A stretch of 6,987 nucleotides of DNA from Caedimonas varicaedens. GTDB taxonomy: Bacteria; Pseudomonadota; Alphaproteobacteria; Caedimonadales; Caedimonadaceae. Below, piece after piece: positions 1 through 6,428 of the stretch; within the stretch, counting starts at the first letter, position 1, and the number at the start of each line of letters is the position of its first letter. The DNA lies in contig BBVC01000059.1 in NCBI GenBank assembly GCA_001192655.1, positions 1 to 6,987 of the forward strand. Direction: 5' to 3'. The notes beneath the pieces were generated by a model. It was not told the DNA's origin and searched no databases. It saw only the letters and a list, made by a program, of their open reading frames with translations. A program made the translations under genes and the position numbers.

Positions 1-14
1 AGTATTCAAGTTTC

Positions 15-218
15 TTAAGCAACTGTCGAAAGAGCCTTCTTAATCATCAACATATCTTGCCAGGATTGAGCTTTTTGGCCAGGAGAGTGCAAAAGAAATG
101 AGGGATGGTAGGTGGTAATGGCTTTGATGGGGTTTTTTAAGTAGGGCGAGGTATAGGATTGCCAAGTACCTCGTAAACGCATGATACCATCATTTGTATT
201 ATAGAGAGTTTTCATAGC
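15..218 (-). pseudogene. C-terminal remnant of a family-4 uracil-DNA glycosylase (about the last 65-70 aa only)
   Basis: The translation ...AMKTLYNTNDGIMRLRGTWQSYTSPYLKNPIKAITTYHPSFLLHSPGQKAQSWQDMLMIKKAL* matches the recalled C-terminal pattern of family-4 UDGs: GI.RLRG.W, then the HP(S/A)(F/Y)LLR.P..K motif, then W.DL. The N-terminal catalytic GE.PG motif and the Fe-S cysteines are missing, because transposase-like sequence lies upstream in the same frame. TAA stop at 15-17. Confidence 0.6.
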
Positions 219-465
219 CCCCTCCCGACCAACACCAAAATCTTTGGGGAAATCAGCGCAATATGTTTTTCCACAAAATTGTTCCATACGATTTTGCTGG
301 TTAAGAGCAATCTTCTCTCTCAATTTGTGGAAAAATCTGATAGCGGAATTTCGGTGAATTCCGACTAAATCAGCAGCGGTTCTTGCTGGTATTTCTGTAA
401 CAAAATATTCTGATCAATCGGAATTGCATTGAACCTGAGAGTTTGCGATGCTTTAAATACATCAT
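219..465 (-). mobile_element. IS1595-family (IS1016-like) transposase N-terminal remnant, frameshifted and 3'-truncated
   Basis: The minus strand from ATG 465..463 reads MMYLKHRKLSGSMQFRLI. After a 1-nt frame slip near 411-416 (ttgatc-a-gaatat) it reads EYFVTEIPARTAADLVGIHRNSAIRFFHKLREKIALNQQNRMEQFCGKTYCADFPKDFGVGREGA. This is collinear with the recalled IS1016 transposase N-terminus (RKSRLSQYKQNKLIELFVAGVTARTAAELVGVNKNTAAYYFHRLRLLIYQ...EMFDGEVEADESYFGG.RKGKRGRGA). The DDE catalytic region is absent. The frame runs directly into the UDG remnant at about 213-221. I did not recognise terminal inverted repeats. Confidence 0.6.
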
Positions 466-567
466 GACAGCCTAACCTCTTTAAAAAGAAGGGGACAGAA
501 CCTTTTTTTTAATTTGAAAATATGCTACAGCAATAGAGAAAAACAAAACTATAAAGGGGAGAACATT

Positions 568-807
568 ATGAAAAAAATAAAATACTTGGGACTTTTCCTT
601 GCTGGATGGATGGCTACTTCATTTTCTAGTATGGCTTCATTGACTCCTCCTATGTCAAAAGTGGATTTATTGGTGAAAGCTGCTGAGCTGGAGCGACAGG
701 CTGCTACGAAACAAGCTACAGATATTAATGCTGCGAACTCCCTAAGAGAACAAGCTAACCAAATGAGAGCGCAAGCAGTTAAAATAAAAGATTCTGATCA
801 TAAATAA
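568..807 (+). CDS. Small secreted hypothetical protein (79 aa), Ala/Gln-rich and probably helical when mature
   Basis: ATG at 568 is preceded by AAGGGGAG (553-560). The N-terminus MKKIKYLGLFLAGWMATSFSSMA/SL looks like a Sec signal peptide with an A-x-A-like cleavage site. The mature part, about 56 aa, is rich in A/Q/K/E. TAA stop at 805-807. I recognise no family. The TTG-initiated extension from 514 would bury the signal peptide, so I do not favour it. Confidence 0.55.
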   Translation: MKKIKYLGLFLAGWMATSFSSMASLTPPMSKVDLLVKAAELERQAATKQATDINAANSLREQANQMRAQAVKIKDSDHK

Positions 808-964
808 AGCCGTTCAGAAAACAATACTTGTTTATAAGTTGGGTGGAAAATCGCTCTTTCTGTTTCCTCTACGCACAGATTCATCGTACTTGAAGCTTTC
901 TTGTTTCTGGATTGCTTCAAATTCGTCAGATATATTACAGTAATTAGAAGAATAATTTTTAGAA

Positions 965-1552
965 TTATCCCCATTTCTTGACAAAATTTTTGTCCTGTTT
1001 TTTGGGACGATGCAGGGCATCCAGTACCTCGTCAACAGAATGAACCATTGTAAAGAGGTTCAGATCTTCTGCCCGAATAAAATTATTTTTGATCATGTGA
1101 TGAAAAAAGTGATCAAATAAAGATGTCCAGTACCTATCAATATCAATAATAATGATCTGTTTTTCGTGAAGTCCTAATTGTTTCCAGGTCATAATTTCGA
1201 AAGTTTCATCAAGAGTTCCCAATCCTCCTGGAAGAATAATAAAAGCTTCAGAAGCTGCAAACATGTGTTGTTTGCGTTCATGCATACTCTCTACAATGTG
1301 CAATTCCGTAATTTCTTCATTTCCACCCTCATAGTCGTAAAGAAATTGAGTCATAAATCCTGTGACATGCCCTTTTGCCTCAAGACAGGCTTTTGAAACA
1401 ATTCCCATAAGCCCCATTTTACCTCCGCCAAAAACAAGGCGGATCTTATTTTTTGCTAAAAGAACGCCTAAATCCGCTGCTGTTTTTTTATAAATTTGAG
1501 GAGCCTTATTGGAAGATCCACAATATACGCATACAGAATGAATGTAACTCAA
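965..1552 (-). CDS. LOG-family protein (TIGR00730 / 'lysine decarboxylase-like'; cytokinin riboside 5'-monophosphate phosphoribohydrolase family)
   Basis: 195 aa with the family motifs VYCGSS near the N-terminus, FGGGKMGLMG and PGGLGTLDETFE. TTG start at 1552..1550 is preceded by AAGAGG (complement of 1558-1563) with a 5-nt spacer. Confidence 0.85.
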   Translation of the reverse strand: MSYIHSVCVYCGSSNKAPQIYKKTAADLGVLLAKNKIRLVFGGGKMGLMGIVSKACLEAKGHVTGFMTQFLYDYEGGNEEITELHIVESMHERKQHMFAASEAFIILPGGLGTLDETFEIMTWKQLGLHEKQIIIIDIDRYWTSLFDHFFHHMIKNNFIRAEDLNLFTMVHSVDEVLDALHRPKKQDKNFVKKWG

Positions 1553-1600
1553 GTCAGCCTCTTATTGTTATTGTTTTTTAAGTATTAGACTTACGATTTC

Positions 1601-1640
1601 CCCATCTCTATCCAAATCTTGAAGCGCTTTGGAAGATGGG
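1601..1640. other. Imperfect hairpin in the mlaC/LOG spacer
   Basis: CCCATCT (1601-1607) pairs with AGATGGG (1634-1640). An inner CCAAA/TTTGG pairing and a central palindrome AAGCGCTT (1622-1629) are also present. On the plus strand it is followed by aatatttttatt. Both flanking genes are on the minus strand, so a terminator role is not obvious. Confidence 0.25.
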
Positions 1641-1749
1641 AATATTTTTATTAAAAAAGAGTATGTTACAGGAAAAGTCAATGTATCGGCCATAATGTAA
1701 AGAGTAATTTTCAGGTTTTATTTTATTTCTTTTTAAATGTCTTAATATT

Positions 1750-1799
1750 GCTTTGTGAACGGAAAAGGCCAATCGGTTAATCTTTCTCGTTCACAAAGC
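1750..1799. repeat. 12-bp perfect inverted repeat (long stem-loop) 15 nt downstream of the mlaC stop
   Basis: GCTTTGTGAACG (1750-1761) is the exact reverse complement of CGTTCACAAAGC (1788-1799). The 26-nt spacer can extend the stem (AAAG/CTTT). No U-tract follows on the minus-strand transcript, since A-rich sequence follows there. It is therefore either an atypical terminator or a protein-binding palindrome. Confidence 0.35.
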
Positions 1800-1814
1800 G
1801 TCATAAGGACTTTC

Positions 1815-2480
1815 CTAACGAGAATTTTTTTCATTATTTTCTTGGGGCGTTGTAACAGGAACAACAGCCTTCGCTTTCATTGCCGTCAACAGACCGTTTA
1901 TCGTTGCTCCATTAGCATTATAGGCATTTGCATATTCCGTACGATAGGTGATACTCATGCTGACGCCATTGACAATCACATCCAGGATGCGTAACCCCTT
2001 TTTCGTTTGGTATACTTTCCAATCTACCTGTAAGGGAGGAGTACCAGCTGGACGAATGATTTTAGAAGTGACAATGGTTCCCCCACTCTGGCTGGGCCGT
2101 TCTCCATCAACCTGAAGTTTCTCATTATTATAGTTTTCAAATTGTTGGGAATAACTTTCAACAATTGCGTCTTCAAACAGTTGCAAGTACTCTTTGCGTT
2201 GCTCTTCATTAGCCTGACGCCAATAGCGTCCTAAAACAAATTTTCCAACAGCAGGCATATCAAAGTATTCGTGAATGATTTGACGAAATTCTTCCTGGCG
2301 TTGAGAAAGAGGTACAGACTTGTTGACCAGAATTTGAATAACCCTATTTCCAATATCTGTAATAAATTGTTTAGATTGTTGATCATCAATTTTTTCAGAT
2401 GTTACACCACTGGTCGGAAATGTAACACCAACGATAAAAGTCAGACTAAAAGTGAATAAAATAACACGTAAAAATCTCAT
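1815..2480 (-). CDS. mlaC: MlaC / Ttg2D-family periplasmic phospholipid-binding protein
   Basis: 221 aa from ATG 2480..2478, with AAGGA 7-8 nt upstream. N-terminal signal peptide MRFLRVILFTFSLTFIVGVTF. The core FDMPAVGKFVLGRYWRQANEEQRKEYLQLFEDAIVESYSQQF...LQVDWKV...ILDVIVNGVSMSITYRTEY is typical of the toluene-tolerance Ttg2D/MlaC family. The gene lies 19 nt downstream of mlaA. Confidence 0.85.
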   Translation of the reverse strand: MRFLRVILFTFSLTFIVGVTFPTSGVTSEKIDDQQSKQFITDIGNRVIQILVNKSVPLSQRQEEFRQIIHEYFDMPAVGKFVLGRYWRQANEEQRKEYLQLFEDAIVESYSQQFENYNNEKLQVDGERPSQSGGTIVTSKIIRPAGTPPLQVDWKVYQTKKGLRILDVIVNGVSMSITYRTEYANAYNANGATINGLLTAMKAKAVVPVTTPQENNEKNSR

Positions 2481-2499
2481 TTCAAAATCCTTGCAATAG

Positions 2500-3309
2500 T
2501 TATTCGGAGCTTGGAGTCGGCGATTCAAGATCAACAACTCCCTTTTTGATATTAAACTCCCTGTTTTGCGTATAAATACTTCTCATCATGATATAAGGAT
2601 CATGAGCTTTATTAATTCGGTTGATCACTTCGTCAGCTTCACCCCGTTTGTCAATTCCTTCCACGCCTAGGCGTGTATACGTCAGATAATCAGCATGCCG
2701 TCGGTGCGCTATATAAGGGAAAGGATCAACCAGCATATCGACAACAATGCCCACAATATCCCGTGGATTGGAAGGTCCGAGGATGGGTAACATAACGTAA
2801 GGATCTCCTTCCACACCATAGGTTCCCAACGTTTCTCCAAAATCTTCCTGGTGATAGGGAATTTCAAAAATTTCCGCCGCGGGATCAAAAATCCCTCCCA
2901 ATCCCAAAGTTGTATTGATCAAAAATCGGGCGAGGGTATCCATAGCTTGATCTCCCTGTAATTGCAAGAGATCATTGAATAAAATGACAGGGCTTCCAAG
3001 ATTGCTCAGAAAAGCATGGATACTTTCACGGGTAGGCTGGGGTAAAACAGCTTTATAACCTTCAGATAAAGGTTTGAGAACATATTGATCAACATCCTGG
3101 TTAAATCTGAAAACACTTCGGTTAACGTCTTCCAGCGGGTCGTTGACAGGGGCTTCCTGATCAATTTGATCTTCTGAAAGAGTCATCAGGGAGTCTGAAG
3201 CCGTCAATAAAGACGCAAAACCTGTTGATGGAAACGATCCCATCATACTGAAACCTAGGAGCAGCGTTTTCAGGACGCTTAACCTCGTGAAAATTTTATA
3301 AACTCGCAT
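2500..3309 (-). CDS. mlaA: MlaA / VacJ-family outer-membrane lipid-asymmetry protein
   Basis: The conserved VacJ core is present: DPLEDVNRSVFRFNQDVDQYVLKPLSEGYKAVLPQPTRESIHAFLSNLGSPVILFNDLLQ...ARFLINTTLGLGGIFDPA. The preferred start is ATG 3309..3307 (MRVYKIFTRLSVLKTLLLGFSMMGSF..., signal-like) rather than the TTG at 3354. TAA stop at 2500-2502. Confidence 0.85.
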   Translation of the reverse strand: MRVYKIFTRLSVLKTLLLGFSMMGSFPSTGFASLLTASDSLMTLSEDQIDQEAPVNDPLEDVNRSVFRFNQDVDQYVLKPLSEGYKAVLPQPTRESIHAFLSNLGSPVILFNDLLQLQGDQAMDTLARFLINTTLGLGGIFDPAAEIFEIPYHQEDFGETLGTYGVEGDPYVMLPILGPSNPRDIVGIVVDMLVDPFPYIAHRRHADYLTYTRLGVEGIDKRGEADEVINRINKAHDPYIMMRSIYTQNREFNIKKGVVDLESPTPSSE

Positions 3310-3535
3310 ATACAATCCATGAGTGTGAATATTCCAAAATTTGAAGTGTACCAAACAAAGATGACTAAAGAATTAATCACACAGCTGTTACAAATATACT
3401 ATTTTTTTTATAGTTATTTGTTTGAAGAATCAAGTGAATTATGGTGCCTTACTAAAAAAAGTCACTTTTCAAATTGCTTGGCTAAAAAACAAAATAGCAG
3501 TATATTGATGATGATGTTTTGTGGTGAGGCTTTTT

Positions 3536-4189
3536 ATGCTCTTTAGAAAAATTAACCATGTTTTAGATGTGCGTGTAATTATTTTTTGCGCACTGATTTT
3601 TTTCCTTGTAAGCGAGTCAGAATTTGTACGTGCCGCTGATACAAAAGGCGCTTATGATTCAATTTTTCTGGCGACAGACCCCCAACAACTTGTTTTTGGA
3701 AAGGACGATGCTCCCGTCACAGTGATCGAATATACGGCTCTCACTTGCGCGCATTGTGCTTACTTTCATAATACAATTCTGCCTGAAATCAGAAAAAAAT
3801 ATATCGATACGGGTAAAGTTCGCTTTATTTTTAGGCATTTCCCGATAGATCATTATTCTCTTAAAGCCACAGCCATTGTCAATCAGGTGCCTTTGCCCAA
3901 AAGATTGGCGACCATCGATCGTATTTTCGCAGAGCAGAAGGATTGGATGGGAGAGCAGGCAGTTGAAAAACTTGCTCATATTTGTAATCTTCCTGTGGAT
4001 AAATGTCAGAAAGTTGTCAGCGATCAGGAGATTCTCAATCAAGCGTTGCATCCTCGTCTGGAAGTAGAGAAAATTGCTTCCATTGAAGGGACTCCGACTT
4101 TTTTTATAGACGACAAGATGTATTCCATGACTTTAACATTGGCTGAATTTGATAAAATTATGGAGCAGAAAAAGCTGCCTTCTCAATAA
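3536..4189 (+). CDS. DsbA-like periplasmic thiol:disulfide oxidoreductase (thioredoxin fold, CxxC)
   Basis: Active site CAHC sits in the context DAPVTVIEYTALTCAHCAYFH. This is followed by YIDTGKVRFIFRHFP and a cis-Pro loop GTPTFFI, as in DSBA-like thioredoxin domains. ATG at 3536 is preceded by GGTGAGG (3523-3529). Signal-like N-terminus VRVIIFCALIFFLVSESEFVRA/AD. Confidence 0.85.
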   Translation: MLFRKINHVLDVRVIIFCALIFFLVSESEFVRAADTKGAYDSIFLATDPQQLVFGKDDAPVTVIEYTALTCAHCAYFHNTILPEIRKKYIDTGKVRFIFRHFPIDHYSLKATAIVNQVPLPKRLATIDRIFAEQKDWMGEQAVEKLAHICNLPVDKCQKVVSDQEILNQALHPRLEVEKIASIEGTPTFFIDDKMYSMTLTLAEFDKIMEQKKLPSQ

Positions 4190-4217
4190 ATCAAATCCGA
4201 AATTGGCGCCTGATCCC

Positions 4218-4556
4218 ATGAATAAAACAGATTTTATGAACCAAGTTCACGACACGCTTCAGGGTCTTGCTGAAATGCTGGAAAATCAACTGGATGAGCA
4301 TAATGATATCGATATTCGGGAAGGTTTTCTTCAAATTACATTTCCTGCTGGGCATATCTGGTTATTGAATCGACATGGCCCTACTCAGGAAATTTGGCTT
4401 TCTTCGCCCATTACCGGTGGTCTCCATTTCCGCTTTCATGAGGATATCCAAAGATGGATTTCTACTCGATCTTCTCAGGATGAGCTTTTTTCTTTTCTTG
4501 AGCGAGAGCTTTCCGCTTTTTCAAATTCTGCGACAGCCATTCATTTAACATCATGA
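4218..4556 (+). CDS. cyaY: CyaY, frataxin-family iron-binding protein
   Basis: 112 aa: MNKTDFMNQVHDTLQGLAEMLENQLDE..DIDIREGFLQITFPAGHIWLLNRHGPTQEIWLSSPITGGLHFRF...WISTR. This shows the acidic helix 1, the beta-sheet block and the QIWL..P..GG.HF signature of the CyaY/frataxin family. The start is 28 nt after the dsbA-like stop and has no clear SD. The TGA stop (4554-4556) overlaps the next ATG. Confidence 0.8.
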   Translation: MNKTDFMNQVHDTLQGLAEMLENQLDEHNDIDIREGFLQITFPAGHIWLLNRHGPTQEIWLSSPITGGLHFRFHEDIQRWISTRSSQDELFSFLERELSAFSNSATAIHLTS

Positions 4557-6334
4557 AAAAGATTTTTCTTTCACTTTTTCAGGACAAGTTAAAGAGCCTG
4601 AAAGTGTTATTTTTTTATCTTATGCCCTATCGTTTTCAGATGATATTAGCTTTTATCTCGCTGGCCTGTGCTGCTGTTACAATTTTGCTTATTGGTCTTG
4701 GGCTTCGTCACCTTATCGATGAAGGTTTTGCACACCAGAACTCCGATTTGATGAATCAAGCCATGCTTTCTCTGACGCTTTGCAGCCTTGTTTTGGCAGG
4801 GGCAGCCTTTATGCGTACATTTATCACATCCTGGCTGAGCGAACGCGTCACAGCAGACTTGAGAAAGGATCTTTTCGATCATATTTTATCTTTTGATCAA
4901 TCTTATCTTGAATCTGCCAGGGTAGGAGAATTGATGTCAAGATTAGAGACAGACATCTCTCTCGTTCGTTCGGTTCTAGGCGTTTCCTTTCCGATGACGT
5001 TACGCAGCCTTATTCAAATTCTGGGCGCCACTATCCTTTTATTTATGACAAGTCCTAAATTGACAGGATTTGTTTTTCTCGTGATCCCTCTGAGCCTGAC
5101 ACCTTTAATTTTTATGGGCAGGCGGGTGCGTATCCTGACCAAACAGAGTCAAGAAAAGCATGGTTCTTTGAGTGCATTCATCCATGAAGCTCTACTTTCT
5201 CTGAAATCAATTCAGGCTTTTTGCCAGGAAAAAGCCATTTCCCAAAAATACGACACCTTGATGATGTCTTATCTGGACACAACATCTCTGAGAGGGCGCA
5301 ATCGATCCCTAACTATTGCATTGGTGATCGCTATCGTTTTTTCTTCTATTACGTTTGTCCTGTGGATTGGTGCGCGCGATGTCTTTCATGGTCAGATGAG
5401 TTTTGGAGATCTTTCTGCTTTTGTCTTTTATGCGGCAGTTGCAGCCGGTTCTCTGAATGCTCTCAGTGAAGTGGGCGGCGAAATGACTTCTGCGTTTGGG
5501 GCCTTAGAGCGTATTTTAGAGATAAAAAATGTTGCTCCAGCTATTGGAAGTTCAGGCACAACTTCCCTTGCTCCCTTAAAGCCGCCCTTTGTTTTTTATT
5601 TGAGAGATGTTACTTTTTATTATCCTTCTCGCCCTCAAATCCCTGCTCTTAATCATGTTTCCCTTAAAATAGAGCCAGGACGAACTTATGCCATTGTAGG
5701 CCCTTCAGGAGCAGGAAAAAGCACATTATTTCAGCTTTTGCAGAGATTTTATGATCCCCAGGAAGGGTCTATAGAACTCAACGGACAAGATATCCGTACG
5801 TTACCTCTGGGTTTTTTGAGAAAGATTCTAGCAATTGTCCCTCAGGAACCCTCTATTTTTAACGCGAGCCTTTGGGATAATATTGCGTTCAGCAGACCTG
5901 AGGCTTCTCCAGATGAAATTTATAAAGCTGCGCAACTTTCTTATATAGAAGAATTTGCATGTCAGCTCCCTCAAGGCTTTGACACTCTTTTAGGAGAAAG
6001 AGGTATCCGTCTTTCCGGTGGACAAAAGCAACGTCTGGCTATCGCACGAGCGATTTTATATCAAGCGCCTTTTTTATTGCTTGATGAAGCGACGAATGCG
6101 TTAGATACAGAAAGTGAATGGCATGTCCAGACCGCTCTTGATAACGCTTTTAAAGAGTGTACTCGCCTTGTTATTGCCCACCGTCTTTCAACTGTTTTGA
6201 ATGCGGATAAAATTTTAGTGCTGGATCAGGGGAAAATCGTTGAAGAGGGGGCGCATAACGAACTTTTAAGGTTAGGGGGACTCTATACGCGTCTTGCCGA
6301 GCATCAATTCACAACTTCCTGTGAAGAAAAATAG
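4553..6334 (+). CDS. ABC exporter half-transporter (fused TMD-NBD, ABCB/MsbA-Mdl-like)
   Basis: 593 aa with an N-terminal six-helix-type TMD (ERVTADLRKDLFDHILSFDQSYLE..VGELMSRLETDISLV..; GRRVRILTKQSQ). The NBD carries Walker A GPSGAGKST (5699-5725), Q-loop VPQEP, signature LSGGQKQR (from 6011), Walker B LLLDEAT and H-loop IAHRLST. The ATG at 4553 overlaps the cyaY stop (ATGA). TAG stop at 6332-6334. Confidence 0.9.
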   Translation: MKKIFLSLFQDKLKSLKVLFFYLMPYRFQMILAFISLACAAVTILLIGLGLRHLIDEGFAHQNSDLMNQAMLSLTLCSLVLAGAAFMRTFITSWLSERVTADLRKDLFDHILSFDQSYLESARVGELMSRLETDISLVRSVLGVSFPMTLRSLIQILGATILLFMTSPKLTGFVFLVIPLSLTPLIFMGRRVRILTKQSQEKHGSLSAFIHEALLSLKSIQAFCQEKAISQKYDTLMMSYLDTTSLRGRNRSLTIALVIAIVFSSITFVLWIGARDVFHGQMSFGDLSAFVFYAAVAAGSLNALSEVGGEMTSAFGALERILEIKNVAPAIGSSGTTSLAPLKPPFVFYLRDVTFYYPSRPQIPALNHVSLKIEPGRTYAIVGPSGAGKSTLFQLLQRFYDPQEGSIELNGQDIRTLPLGFLRKILAIVPQEPSIFNASLWDNIAFSRPEASPDEIYKAAQLSYIEEFACQLPQGFDTLLGERGIRLSGGQKQRLAIARAILYQAPFLLLDEATNALDTESEWHVQTALDNAFKECTRLVIAHRLSTVLNADKILVLDQGKIVEEGAHNELLRLGGLYTRLAEHQFTTSCEEK

Positions 6335-6428
6335 TACAACAAAATATATGAAGAGTAAATTTTTTTCCTAATTTTCCTATTATAAAAATCTTATGGAAAA
6401 TGTGACCTGAAATGGGGGTACACGGCCG

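Noticed and set aside
483-510. A/T-rich hairpin AAAAAGAAGG-ggacagaa-CCTTTTTTTT resembling a terminator with a T8 run
   Set aside because: Only two G:C pairs support the stem, and there is no intact upstream plus-strand gene to terminate. It may be leftover IS-end or old terminator sequence, but I cannot support either.
832-1035. A 67-aa minus-strand ORF overlapping the 3' end of the LOG gene and the convergent spacer
   Set aside because: It overlaps the well-supported LOG CDS in another frame and has no recognisable motifs. The spacer also holds a weak hairpin, TTGAAGC (890-896) with GCTTCAA (916-922), but no U-tract on either strand. It is too weak to call a terminator.
1178-2459. Antisense ORFs at 1178-1396, 1755-1994, 2024-2209 (same strand, alternative frame) and 2271-2459
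   Set aside because: All lie inside the strongly supported LOG or mlaC coding regions, either on the opposite strand or in another frame. Their translations are low-complexity and basic. They are typical shadow ORFs.
1815-3309. The mlaA-mlaC pair without mlaFEDB in the window, as a possible unusual system
   Set aside because: As far as I recall, a vacJ-ttg2D gene pair separated from the mlaFED ABC components is a common arrangement in Alphaproteobacteria. The window is also too short to say that the other components are absent.
3319-3546. A 75-aa plus-strand ORF that fills the divergent mlaA/dsbA-like intergenic region
   Set aside because: It lies in a very AT-rich promoter-type spacer and has no SD. 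The product is rich in F/Y/L/K as expected from random AT-rich translation, and it overlaps the better-supported dsbA-like start. Most likely it is non-coding divergent promoter DNA. I could not pin convincing -35/-10 boxes, since TTGCTT at 3475 and TATATT at 3501 are spaced too far apart.
3659-5469. ORFs at 3659-4051(-), 3876-4067(+), 4646-4882(-) and 5221-5469(+) inside the dsbA-like and ABC genes
   Set aside because: These are shadow or alternative-frame ORFs within CDSs that carry clear family motifs. There is no independent support.
4553-6334. Calling the ABC exporter an Atm1/ABCB7 orthologue (Fe-S exporter) outright
   Set aside because: The TMD motifs I can compare from memory resemble the MsbA/Mdl/ABCB10-like group rather than Atm1. 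Without a phylogeny, the subfamily and substrate cannot be assigned. I kept only a hypothesis in the findings.
6335-6428. Possible bidirectional terminator between the convergent ABC gene and the repeat-protein ORF (ATTTTCC...GGAAAAT, about 6372-6402)
   Set aside because: The stem is 7 bp, almost entirely A/T, with a 17-nt loop. It is indistinguishable from chance in AT-rich DNA.
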